DNA of 63,633 nucleotides, the filler included, from Chrysochromulina tobinii (lineage: Eukaryota): the NCBI GenBank assembly GCA_001275005.1. It is 6 parts of 6 records of this genome, joined end to end, with 100 filler letters (N's around TTAATTAATTAA, not from the genome) between each part and the next. Parts side by side here need not be neighbours in the genome. Positions count along the whole stretch, not along the records: positions 1 to 24,415 come from JWZX01001064.1; 5 more parts are not named here. The stretch is one strand, 5' to 3'. Below the pieces are notes generated by a model. That model was not told where the DNA came from. It saw nothing but the letters and a program-made list of their open reading frames with translations, and did no database searches. Below are positions 1 through 9,798 of the stretch, one piece after another (the stretch's first letter is position 1; the number at the start of each line of letters is the position of its first letter). Made by a program: the position numbers and the translations under genes.

Positions 1-827
1 CGGCGGCTGAGGAGGCGGCGGCGGAGGAGGCGGCGGAGGAGGAGGCGAAGGCGAAGGCGGAGGCGGCGGCAGCGGAGGTGGAGGCGGCGGCGAAGGCGAA
101 GGCGAAGGCGGAGGAGGCGGAGGCGGCGGCAGCGGAGCGTGCCGACACACATGGACCACGCACCTGGACTCGCGCCGAGATCGAAGGCTTACGTGCCGAA
201 GCGTTCGCCGATGACGTCGTCATCAGCCCCGCCATGTGTGAATGGACCCACGCGCAGCTCGTCGCCCACTTCGAATCGGGCGGCTCAGTGGTCCCGGTGT
301 CTACCTCGGAGGCTATCTCGGAGGCTATCTCGGAGGCTATCTCGGTGTCTACCTCGGAGGCTATCTCGGAGGCTATCTCGGTGTCTATCTCGGAGACTAC
401 CTCGGAGGCTATCTCGGTGTCAGCGGTCCCTCCAGCACCAGTACCAGCACCGGTACCGCCGCCACCGGTGCCTTCCGCGGATCTCGAGACGAGACGCGAT
501 CTCGAGACTATCTCGGTGCCTTCCGCGGATTTCGAGGTGCTGCTCGCCAAGGCGAGGGAGGAGGCGCGAGAGGAGGCGGCGGCGGCGGCGGCGGCGGCGG
601 CACAGGTCATCGCCCGGCAGACGATGGAGGTGCAATCTCAGATGCTTGCCCTCATCGCGGAGCAGCATGCCATGCTCCTGAAGGCTGTGGGAGAGTCGAC
701 GTCGAAGCTCTCCCAACGGCTCGACAGCCTCGAAGAGGCGCCGTCGCGAGCGCCTGGCACGACGCTCTCCCAACGGCTCGACAGCCTCGAAGAGGCGCCG
801 TCGCGAGCGCCTGGCATCACGCCCGTT

Positions 828-865
<38 letters not shown>

Positions 866-1412
866 CTCGCAGCCTGTCATGTCTGTTCCGCTTACGCCGC
901 CGCCGCCTCCGCGCCGCCGCCCATCAAATGAAGTGATGCAGATCCCCGCGTCGCCATCTTCGGAATCTCCGGAATCTCCGGAATCTCCGGCGCCCGTCAC
1001 GGCGCCCCCACCGCCCTCGACACTCTCCCAACGGCTCGACAGCCTCGAAGGTGGCGCTGGGGGCATGGAAGAACGCGGCGCGGGCAGCGGCGGCGGTGGC
1101 GCGGCGGGCACGGCTGGCTGCGGCGCGGCGGTGGAGACCAGTGCGGCTGCGCCGCAAACGAGTGCTGAGGAGGCGCCATCACGAGAGCCCGGCACCACGC
1201 CCGCAGCGCCGGAAGCACCGAGCGAGGCGCTGTCTTGGGCGCTGGGCGTCAGGTCCGTCTCAGTGGTGGAGGCGGACGCCACTGCGGCGAGCGATGGCGT
1301 TGGCGGCAGCGGAGGAGAAAGCGGTGGTGACGGTGCTGATGGTGGGGATGGCGGCGGCCGTAGGAGCGGCAGCACGGCGGCTGATGGCGACTCCGTCTGG
1401 TCGGACGCCTGA
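1..1412 (+). CDS. 5'-partial hypothetical protein (Ala/Glu-rich coiled coil, Pro-rich, internal repeats)
   Basis: Open frame of 444+ aa that appears to run in from the window edge. EAAAKAKAK coiled-coil, a WT...HFESGG motif, SEAI repeats and three LSQRLDSLE repeats. Confidence 0.55.
297..420 (+). repeat. 12-bp-unit tandem repeat (CTCGGAGGCTAT) encoding SEAI
   Basis: Repeated ctcggaggctat / ctcggtgtctac units seen directly. Confidence 0.9.
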
Positions 1413-1498
1413 TGACGCCTGATGACGCCTGATGACGCCTGATGACGCCTGATGACGCCTGATGATAGCCTGATGATAGCCTGATGACGCCTGATGAC
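1404..1498. repeat. 10-bp tandem repeat (GATGACGCCT)n, two units GATGATAGCCT
   Basis: About 9 tandem copies; they supply the TGA of the upstream ORF. Confidence 0.9.
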
Positions 1499-2379
1499 GG
1501 CCGAGGGACGTGCGTGAGCAATCGTGAGGATACGTGCCGTGCCGGTTGTGAACAAGCTATGAACGAGGTTGATGTCTTGGTAGGGTTCGTCGGCGAGCGG
1601 TGAGTGGGGGCTGGTCTTGAGTGAAGGGCTTGGCGGCACAGGGGCGAGGGCATCGACGGCTGCGACACACCGAGGCCCAGGGGATGTGCGGCGTCCGTCG
1701 ATGGTCCTTGGTGATTGTCAATGTGTATTCTGGGAGGGCGGGGGCCACCAGGCGGGGAGGGACGGTGTTATTTTACAGAGAATCTCCGAGCGCCCGGCCG
1801 CCAGGCTCGTGCGCCAGAGCTGGCTAAACTAGACACGGCTGAGGTGAGGACCGGGCGTTTCCGGTTCTCGCGGTTTCCGGCTAAAAACCTAAAACGCTCT
1901 ACATGATGCATGACATGATGTCCAGAGCCGCAGCCCCGACCCGCGCTCTGGAGACTGGACTGTCACTAGACGTCATAATATGTACCTCACAAAGGTTCGA
2001 GCCGGCCGCATGGCCGGCCGCGAGTGCGGCGGCGAGAGAGGCCCAAGGGAGGAATTGTCATGGGAATTGTGCCAACTCTCGACTGCACACCTGACACCAC
2101 GCGTCATTTTGACGATGATGCGCACACATCCCGATGCCACATCGATCGTATGACACATCGCTGGACACATGGGTTACATCATACATATGATTCTTGTATC
2201 GTCTTGCATCTCTGTGAAATATGTCTGAGAGGGAAGAAGCTCAAGCTTTACGGCTTTACTAAGGGATCTACTACCTTAGTATCACAATGATAGAATTGAC
2301 TGCCATCTTGATCTGCCACACTTATCAGGATATCAATTTCCACATTCCACTGTTGAGGTTGATTCGGCAATTTGGCACA

Positions 2380-2895
2380 TCAAATGTTTGACAAATGAAT
2401 CACACCCACGGGAGTCACTCCCCCGGGTGTGCCCGGCGTCTTCGACGGCGTCCGTCTACTTATTCGCCCATTCATCGGAGCAGCAGCAGGTGTCGCAACA
2501 GATGCCTTCGCCGCCGCTTCCGGCGCCGTTTCGGCATCGTACCGCGGTGTGAAGGCCTTCACAAACGCGTTCATCATGGAGGAGAGCGGGTTCTGCATCT
2601 CGGCCCCCGCCTCTGCCGGCGCCGCCTCTGCCGGCGCCGCCTCTGCCGGCGCCGCCTCTGCCGGCGCCGCCTCTGCCGGCGCCGCCTCTGCTGGCGCCGG
2701 CGCCGGCGCCGGCTTGGGCGGGTGCTGCATCACCGCACCCGGTGCCTGTTTGCGTGCGGCATTGCCTCGATGAATCGCCGCTATCTTGGTCGCCGCAGCA
2801 GCTTTGTTCTGGCTCTGAAGCAGCGTTGCGGCGTAGGTCTCACCGGGTGACAAAGGCGGGTCATTTGGCTTGGTCTTGGATGCAGCGCAACCCAT
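2380..2895 (-). CDS. Small N-acylated IQ-motif (calmodulin-binding) protein with PAEAA repeats
   Basis: MGCAASK myristoylation/palmitoylation motif; IQ-like AATKIAAIHRGNAARK; 15-bp tandem repeat encoding PAEAA. Confidence 0.7.
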   Translation of the reverse strand: MGCAASKTKPNDPPLSPGETYAATLLQSQNKAAAATKIAAIHRGNAARKQAPGAVMQHPPKPAPAPAPAEAAPAEAAPAEAAPAEAAPAEAAPAEAGAEMQNPLSSMMNAFVKAFTPRYDAETAPEAAAKASVATPAAAPMNGRISRRTPSKTPGTPGGVTPVGVIHLSNI

Positions 2896-3093
2896 TGCTG
2901 CACCGGACCAAAGGATTTTGGATCCTCGTTTCGATCTTTTCGCGAAACTTGCGTTTCGTCATAGAATCAACCATTCGAACCACCAACGGCACAATTCTCC
3001 GATGACGGCTCCGCTCCCTACGTCAACACAAGAACTAAACCTGTTGTGCAAAAAAGAAAGTAAGAAGCCCGAAACGGCGCGTGAGTGGCGACG

Positions 3094-5433
3094 ATGGTGG
3101 ACGACTTCGTAGATCTCGCCGCCCAGGCCCACGCTGCGTACGCTGCTGGGGATCATCGTGCCGCCGAACAGCTCTATACGTCGGCACTTGACGCTGCACC
3201 GGCATCGGACACCAGCACAGAGCTCCTCGCGACGCTCTACGCGAACCGCGCGGCCGCGCGCCTGCGCGGCGATGAGAGCTCTCTGACAGGAATGCACGAC
3301 GCGGGGCTCGCACTGACGCTGAGCCCGAATCTTCCGCGCCCACGGCTGCGGCTGGCCACGGCGCTTGCGGCCGCCGGCCGCGAGGCGGAAGCGAGCGAGC
3401 AGGCGACGCTCGTGCTTGGTCTGCCCAACCTGTCTGCCGCAATGACTCGGGAGGCGACTGCGGTGCTGCGACAGTCCGCCGCTCGGACCGCCGCAAGCCA
3501 CTCAGCGAGCATGAGCGGCGTGACGGACGCGCGTCGCCGCCTGGTGCAGCGCACGCAGCTGCTGCGCGTCCATCTGAGCCCGCCCGCCGACGGCGTCGTG
3601 CGATCCGGCCGTTGGCACACGATCTCCGTCCGTCTGTCGAACGAAATGGGCCTCTTCGACGCTGCGTGCTTCGCGGCGGAGGCGAGAGCGCGGGTGCGGC
3701 TGGAGGTGGTCGCGCTCTCCCAAGGGCCACGCCCAGCGAGCCTCCGCATGAGCGTGCGGCAGGCGCACGAGCCGCCACCGCCACCCGAGGCGGCAGCGCC
3801 CAACACGGCGGCAGCGGGCCGCTCGGCGGCGTCGCTCAACACGGCGCGTGAGGCGACCGGCGGCGGCGCGGGTGTGTGGTTGCGCCTACACCGCGGCCGC
3901 GCGACAGCGGAAGTGCGCGTCGATGTCGAGGGCGATGTCGAGGTCGGCGGCGAGGGCGGCGGCGAGGGCGGCGGCGAGGGCGGCGGCGAGGGCAAGGGCG
4001 CGTCACTGCCGTCGTCGGTAGCACTGTGGGCGGAGATGTGGGCAGACGCCGCGCCGGGCGCCGATGAGGGCGCCGTGCCGGGCGCCGCCTCGCCGACGGC
4101 CAATGTGGTTTGGTCCCTTGAGGGTGCGCGCCGTGCTGAGCGCTGTGGTGAGCGATGGTGTGTGGGGCTTTCTCCGGCGCTCCCCGCTCTCAACCTACCC
4201 ATGCCCTTTGTCACCTCCGCCACCTCCGCCTCCTCCTCCGACGCCGCCGCCGCCACCCTCCCCCCCGCCGCCTCCGCCTCCGCCACCCTCGCCTCCATCA
4301 CCTCCGCCACGAGCCCGCTTGAGCAGCTTCGTCATTGCCTCGAAGCCATCACCTCGCCCCAGGCCCTCGCAGCAGCCGCCATCACGCTTACGGCCCTACC
4401 CACCATCGTCCAAGGCTTGCGGCTGCTGCCGGCGCGCGCGCACGCGCCGTATCGGGCTCCACTGAGCGCGCCGTATCGGGCGCCACTCGTACTTGCGGAG
4501 TCGGCGAGCGACATTGCCGGACGGCTGTGGGATTCTGGCGCGCAGCTCGCGGCATGGCTCAGCGAAGGCGAGCTGCTCGAGACGACGCGTCGCGAGGCGG
4601 CCGCCTCCCCGAGCGTCGTGTCGAGCGTGGCCTCCCCGAGCCTCGAGATCTCGCCGAGATATGCTCCGTTTGGGGTCCTCGAGATCTCGCCGAGATATGC
4701 TCCGTTTGGGGTCCTCGAGATCTCGCCGAGATATGCTCCGTTTGGGGTCCTCGAGCTCGGCGCGGGGATCGGAGTGGCCGGCCTTGCTGCCGCCGCCCTC
4801 GGTGCACGCGTGCTGCTCACCGATTTGGAAGGCGCCCTGCCGTTGCTCAAGCTCAATGCGGCGGCGAACGCACCGCTGTGCCGCTGGCGGCCGGCGGTGG
4901 CGGCCCTTGAGTGGGGATGCGGGGATGCGGCGTGGCGGGCAGCGCTTCAGGTGGTGGAGGAGGCTGCGGCGGTGGAGGCGGCGGGGGTGGAGGAGGAGGC
5001 GGTGCCCGCTCCTCCCCCTACCCCCCCCTGGCTCGTCCTCGCGAGTGACGTGGTGTATGAGCCGCTCGCATATGAGCCGCTGCTCCACACCCTGCGCCAG
5101 CTGGGGGCAATGGGCGTCGCCACCCGCACGCTCATGGCGCACCGCAGCCGGCACCCGGATGAAGGCGCCTTCTTCACGAGCGCGGCTCGTCACTTTGCAA
5201 TCACTCAACTACGCGGGCCGCACCCGTTTGTGCCCATCGGGGCATGCACTCCCGTTCCGTGCGCGCCAGGCTTGTTTGGGTCTGCTCGCGGCGACGGCAG
5301 CGGCGGAGGCGGCGGCGACGGAAGCGGCACGAGCGGCGGCGAGGATTGCACGGAGGCGAGCTTGCCGAGTACGTCAGCGCCAGAAGGGGCCATCTACCTG
5401 CTGGAGTTCGAGTACATAGGAGTTCGACGATAG
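3094..5433 (+). CDS. TPR domain + class I SAM-dependent protein methyltransferase (METTL21/Methyltransf_16-like)
   Basis: N-terminal TPR (AEQLYTSAL...LYANRAAARL); GRLWDSG, VLELGAGIGVAGL, LLTDL, LEWG, LASDVVY motifs. Confidence 0.8.
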   Translation: MVDDFVDLAAQAHAAYAAGDHRAAEQLYTSALDAAPASDTSTELLATLYANRAAARLRGDESSLTGMHDAGLALTLSPNLPRPRLRLATALAAAGREAEASEQATLVLGLPNLSAAMTREATAVLRQSAARTAASHSASMSGVTDARRRLVQRTQLLRVHLSPPADGVVRSGRWHTISVRLSNEMGLFDAACFAAEARARVRLEVVALSQGPRPASLRMSVRQAHEPPPPPEAAAPNTAAAGRSAASLNTAREATGGGAGVWLRLHRGRATAEVRVDVEGDVEVGGEGGGEGGGEGGGEGKGASLPSSVALWAEMWADAAPGADEGAVPGAASPTANVVWSLEGARRAERCGERWCVGLSPALPALNLPMPFVTSATSASSSDAAAATLPPAASASATLASITSATSPLEQLRHCLEAITSPQALAAAAITLTALPTIVQGLRLLPARAHAPYRAPLSAPYRAPLVLAESASDIAGRLWDSGAQLAAWLSEGELLETTRREAAASPSVVSSVASPSLEISPRYAPFGVLEISPRYAPFGVLEISPRYAPFGVLELGAGIGVAGLAAAALGARVLLTDLEGALPLLKLNAAANAPLCRWRPAVAALEWGCGDAAWRAALQVVEEAAAVEAAGVEEEAVPAPPPTPPWLVLASDVVYEPLAYEPLLHTLRQLGAMGVATRTLMAHRSRHPDEGAFFTSAARHFAITQLRGPHPFVPIGACTPVPCAPGLFGSARGDGSGGGGGDGSGTSGGEDCTEASLPSTSAPEGAIYLLEFEYIGVRR
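4641..4756 (+). repeat. 3x 36-bp in-frame tandem repeat (LEISPRYAPFGV)
   Basis: ctcgagatctcgccgagatatgctccgtttggggtc x3, directly before motif I. Confidence 0.9.
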
Positions 5434-5638
5434 TTCGAGTTGCGAGTCGTTGAAAAGTCGGTAGCCGCGTAATCCCCGACCCCCCGGGACGGCGCCGGTT
5501 CGGCATCTATTTACCTATAAGCTATATACGACAGCTGCACACAAGTTGGACGAATGATAGTCTCTACAATAAATCTACAATATAGTGACACGCCGAGCCT
5601 GATTCCTCGCGAGCTGAGTCAGCTTATATTCGATCGCG

Positions 5639-6559
5639 TCATTCCTCGCGATCCACGTGCACATAAAAGTCTCGCGTGATCAGCTCATAGTGCTTCCAGA
5701 TCACCTCTTCGCTCGCGAAGGCACATGGTACCTCGAAGACCGCGCAGCACCCGACGGCGCTCGCACGCACGCGCAGGCAGTGTGCCGCTTCGAGGAAATC
5801 GGGCTCGAAGAGCATCGAGGCATGCGCGGGGAAGCACACATCGCTCAGTAGCGCCAGCTCCAGCGGCATCAGCCGCACAGGCGGCGCGCGAGCCGGAGGC
5901 GCCAAAGTCGTCCTGTCCCGACTCCCGTCAGCCCCGCCGTCCACAGCGCCGCCGCCGCCATCCGCGCCTCCGCTGTTCTCGTCGACTTTGCCGTCCAGCC
6001 TCGCATAGAACGCGTACCCGCGCGCGTCCAGAGGCCGCGTGACGGCGCTGTCCCGCATCGTGATCGACAGGCAGGAGGCAACGTCGATGTCGATTGGACC
6101 CTCGCGCAGGTTCTGCACGGCCACGCGGCAGCGGAGCACGTGGCGCACGGCGCCCTCGGCCCCGGGTAAGAGCTGCTGCGAGAGCCGGCACGCCGGCTGG
6201 TGGTTGATCAGAAGCCATGCCGAAACGCCGTCCCGACGACCGGCCGCGTAGATCACCTCGCGTTCGCCAATGCCCGGACAGGTCGGGATACGGTTGCGGC
6301 GATGGAAGACACGGTAGACCTCGCGCCAGGAGCGTTCGCCGAACTTGTACCGGCCGCTCTTGCTCGGCAGCTGCCAACGGGTCTGCGCAGCACGTCCCCA
6401 AAGGCCGTCATCAAGTGAGACTGTACGCCACGCCTTGCATACGGCCACCATGCGCACGAGCGCAAAGGCGCTCAGGTGTTCAAAGATCTGCGCGAGCGTG
6501 TCCGCGCACAGCATCGCCGCGCCCTCTTCCTGCAGCAGCTGCGGGGCCACGCTTGTCAT
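5639..6559 (-). CDS. F-box protein
   Basis: LCADTLAQIFEHLSAFALVRMVAVCKAWR...LW F-box signature, followed by SWREVY. Confidence 0.8.
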   Translation of the reverse strand: MTSVAPQLLQEEGAAMLCADTLAQIFEHLSAFALVRMVAVCKAWRTVSLDDGLWGRAAQTRWQLPSKSGRYKFGERSWREVYRVFHRRNRIPTCPGIGEREVIYAAGRRDGVSAWLLINHQPACRLSQQLLPGAEGAVRHVLRCRVAVQNLREGPIDIDVASCLSITMRDSAVTRPLDARGYAFYARLDGKVDENSGGADGGGGAVDGGADGSRDRTTLAPPARAPPVRLMPLELALLSDVCFPAHASMLFEPDFLEAAHCLRVRASAVGCCAVFEVPCAFASEEVIWKHYELITRDFYVHVDREE

Positions 6560-6794
6560 CGGCGGCCGCCGCCCTGGATGCCTTTCTCATCCTTTCTCTG
6601 AACTTTCCTTTGCCGAGGGCCGGTCTGCTCCCCCGGTGCCTCGTGCCGAGAGACAGTTTCAAAACTTGGCAAGTTGCCACGCTCTATTTCTTTGCCACAT
6701 GGATCAATGCTCGTGGGCGCGTCAGCTGCACTTTTACCCGCGGCGGGAGCCGCTCCAGCATTCAAGGGAAGGGTTTCCACAGTTCTATGCCGGC

Positions 6795-7226
6795 ATGAGG
6801 CGTATGCACCCTGTGGATACGGCGCCGATGCTCGACAGGCACCAGAACCGCATGATGCGCACAACCAAAACGCCAGCGCCCGAGCTCGAGTTATCGCATG
6901 GGCTGGCCGGATCGCGGGCGTGCCTATGGGACACGGGCAGTCGACTGCTCGCCTTCCCCGGTGCGACGGACGATTGCTGGGCAGTCGGGGGGGTCAAGAC
7001 GCTCTCGCGTTCGCGAAGCAGCAGCAGCATGCTCGCGTCTCCTCTTGCGCCCGTGCGTCCGCGCACCTCGTACGATCAGTTCCGCACGACGTCGATGGAG
7101 ATTGGCTCACATTACGAGAGCGCGCTGCTTCCGCCGTCGCCGCCCCACACCCGATCCTTGCGAGTGCTCCAGAGCCAAGGTTGCACTCGGATGCACCAGG
7201 CGCAGTGCCTTGCAGGTGGATATTGA
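6795..7226 (+). CDS. Hypothetical protein
   Basis: ATG-initiated 3' part of ORF 6345..7226, divergent from the F-box gene; no recognised domain. Confidence 0.3.
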   Translation: MRRMHPVDTAPMLDRHQNRMMRTTKTPAPELELSHGLAGSRACLWDTGSRLLAFPGATDDCWAVGGVKTLSRSRSSSSMLASPLAPVRPRTSYDQFRTTSMEIGSHYESALLPPSPPHTRSLRVLQSQGCTRMHQAQCLAGGY

Positions 7227-7629
7227 GACTCGTGTTGCACTAGGCTGGTGATCTAACATTCATGCACAGGGTCCCGCTCGAGTCACAGCACACGGGTCCG
7301 TCTCTCTCACCCCTCACATCACACACGTACCACAGATGAGCAGCACAGCCGCGACGGCTCTCGACGCCACATGTCTCGACGCGTCCTAGTCTCGTCCCGG
7401 TCGCGTCCGGGTCCACTCACGCGCCCGCCGGCGCCATCTCTCGAGGGTGTGGGGGTAGACAAGTGGATGTAAAGTAGCCATGTAAAAGTGTGTCTCGCCT
7501 GCATTTTCACATTTTCGCGGTTTCTGATGAGGGCCTCATCATCCCATTCAAGACCTCGTGTCCCACAACTCGTCTGTTGCGCATTTCTGCACTCTCGCGT
7601 CTACCCGCGCCCCCCAACAAAGAAGGCAG

Positions 7630-8991
7630 ATGGGCAGCGGAGCATCTTCTCTGGTTGCCACCCCGCTGGGGTACCGCGCGAACGTGCTCCTGCCGTCGCC
7701 GGCGGACGCCAAGTACCAGGTGTGCGTCGTCTAGTTCAAGGTGCCGGGCGCCAAGAACGGCGGCTCGGACAAGGGCCCCGATGGCAACCGCGTGGACTCG
7801 ATCCCGATCGCGAACAGCGTGATCAAGGCGGGCGGCGCGTGCGATCTCATCCTCTTCGATTCGGAGAAGAACAAGGACGACGTGAAAGAGTTCGAGGCGC
7901 TCACTGCGAAGTACGACGCCCTCATCGTGCGCATCAACCCGGGCCAGCTCTCGCAGGGCACCGCCGACGGCACGCAGAAGCGCTTCGATGACCTCATGAA
8001 CTCGTACATTGCGAAGGGCAAGCTCATCTGGTCGTCGCCCAAGATCCAGATGCAGATGGGCGCCAAGGACGCGCTCGTCAACATCGGCAAGCTCAACTGC
8101 GGCCTCATGGACACGTACGCGTACTACACTAATGACGAGTTCATCTCTGGCTTCAAGAAGACGTGCGCCTTCCAGCCGCGCGTGATCAAGCAGAACCGTG
8201 GCTCGGCGGGCGAGGGCATCTGGCTCTGCTGGCTCTGGGACAAGGCGAAAAACGAGAAGATCGAGATCTACCCCTCGGCTGCGCTCGGCGACAAGTCCCT
8301 CGGCGACGACGACTACGTCAAGCTCATGGAGATGAACGACAACCACGTCGAGTACCACACCGTCAAGGAGTTCACCGTCTTCTGCATCGATGGTCCGACT
8401 GGCGCGGGCGCGGGCGAGTGGAAGTCGACCTTCCCGGGCCAGTACCTCAAGGGCGGCAAGGAGGTTGGCGGCCAGCTCGTCGACCAGCGCCTGCTCCCGC
8501 GCATCGACGAGGGCGAGGTGCGCATCCTGATGGCGGGCGACACGTGCCAGATGGCCATCCACAAGAAGCCGATTGGCGGCGGCCTCTCGGCCGTCGGCGG
8601 CATGTCCGACTACACGTACTACAAGCCGACCGACGCCAAGTACAAGGGGCTCGTGCAGAAGCTCTACGCGGACATCCCGCTCCTCCTGCCGTCGCTCCAC
8701 CTCGGCGACGAGCCGCTGCCGCTGATCTGGACTTGCGACTACATCCCCAAGAACCCCGACAACTGGCCGAAGGGCCCGTACGACCGCTCGTGCCCTGACG
8801 ATCAGACCGAGTACACCGTGGGCGAGTTCAACTGCTCGTGCGTCGGCATCTCCAAGTTCCAGGCCGTGTGCGGCGGCGAGAAGACGCTCGCGGACGTGCC
8901 CGACGAGGACTACTTCGACGCGTGCGCTCTGACCGACCTCATGGGCATCAAAGCCATCGAGATGATCAAGGCCAAGAAGGGCCACGCTTGA
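7630..8991 (+). CDS. Cj0069-family ATP-grasp-like protein, with in-frame TAG at 7732-7734
   Basis: GGSDKGPDGNRVDSIPI, RINPG, MGAKDAL, RVIKQNRGSAGEGIW, LPRIDEGEVR, IWTCDYI, GEFNCSCVG. Strong GC3 codon bias. In-frame ATG at 7630 (MGSGAS). Confidence 0.8.
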
Positions 8992-9798
8992 GTCTCGCTT
9001 GAGCGTCACAGACGCAGTGAGCGGGCAGCCTTGCCATCGACACAGGGAGCGAGGCAAAAGGTGCACGAGGGGGGACGCCCGATCATACTTGCATCGCTCT
9101 TCTGAGGGGGGAGTAAGGGGGGGAGGGGCAAAATCACCAATCGGGGCGTGGCCGCCCCCCGTCGAGCGGGGGCGCAGGGCGTAGGCGAGAGCGCAGAGGG
9201 GCGAACAGGAATAATTAATGCGCGGGTTGTCGCGGCCGTCAGTGGGGCGGGGGGGCGGAGGATCATCATGGGTGGCGCATGGGCTCGACGCTATGAACGT
9301 TGTCGATGCCCCATACATTTGCCAAGCTGCATTCACTGATTCGGTTGCGGCCGTTGCACCGCCGTTTATTGATAAATTATTATACACTCCACCGTTTTGT
9401 GTTATTCTGTTAAGAAACGGCGTTTCTTATTCACTTATTTCCTAGATTCCTACTACTAAGTATGCATTGCCCGTTCTGAGGTTATGCTTATGGCGAGCGG
9501 GGCCGTGGGCCTGGATGGCCGGCAGCGAGGTGCGGGCGGGCCGAACACGACTGTCTCGTGTCTCTTCCGCTAGGGGATTCGCATTTCGCAAGTGGGGAAT
9601 CGATGGACGGAATCAGTAAGGACCTATAAGAAGGACCTATAAGAAGGCGTCCTAACAAAGTAGTAAGTAGGACCCTGCAAGCCGGCGGTTCTTCGTCTTG
9701 CACGTGTAACGGGCGGCCTTGCTCCTATGGGGACCACGTGACGCGGGAAGATTCGTTTGTACTCCCAGGGTGGATCCTTCATCTACCATGGTACTCCA

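Noticed and set aside
7732..7734. Genome-wide TAG=Gln reassignment
   Set aside because: Other intact genes appear to end in TAG (5433, 20460, 11133), and conserved genes such as CCT4 have no internal TAG.
7507..9387. 626-aa antisense ORF (also 58474..60183 opposite CCT4)
   Set aside because: Shadow of strong GC3 codon bias on the sense gene.
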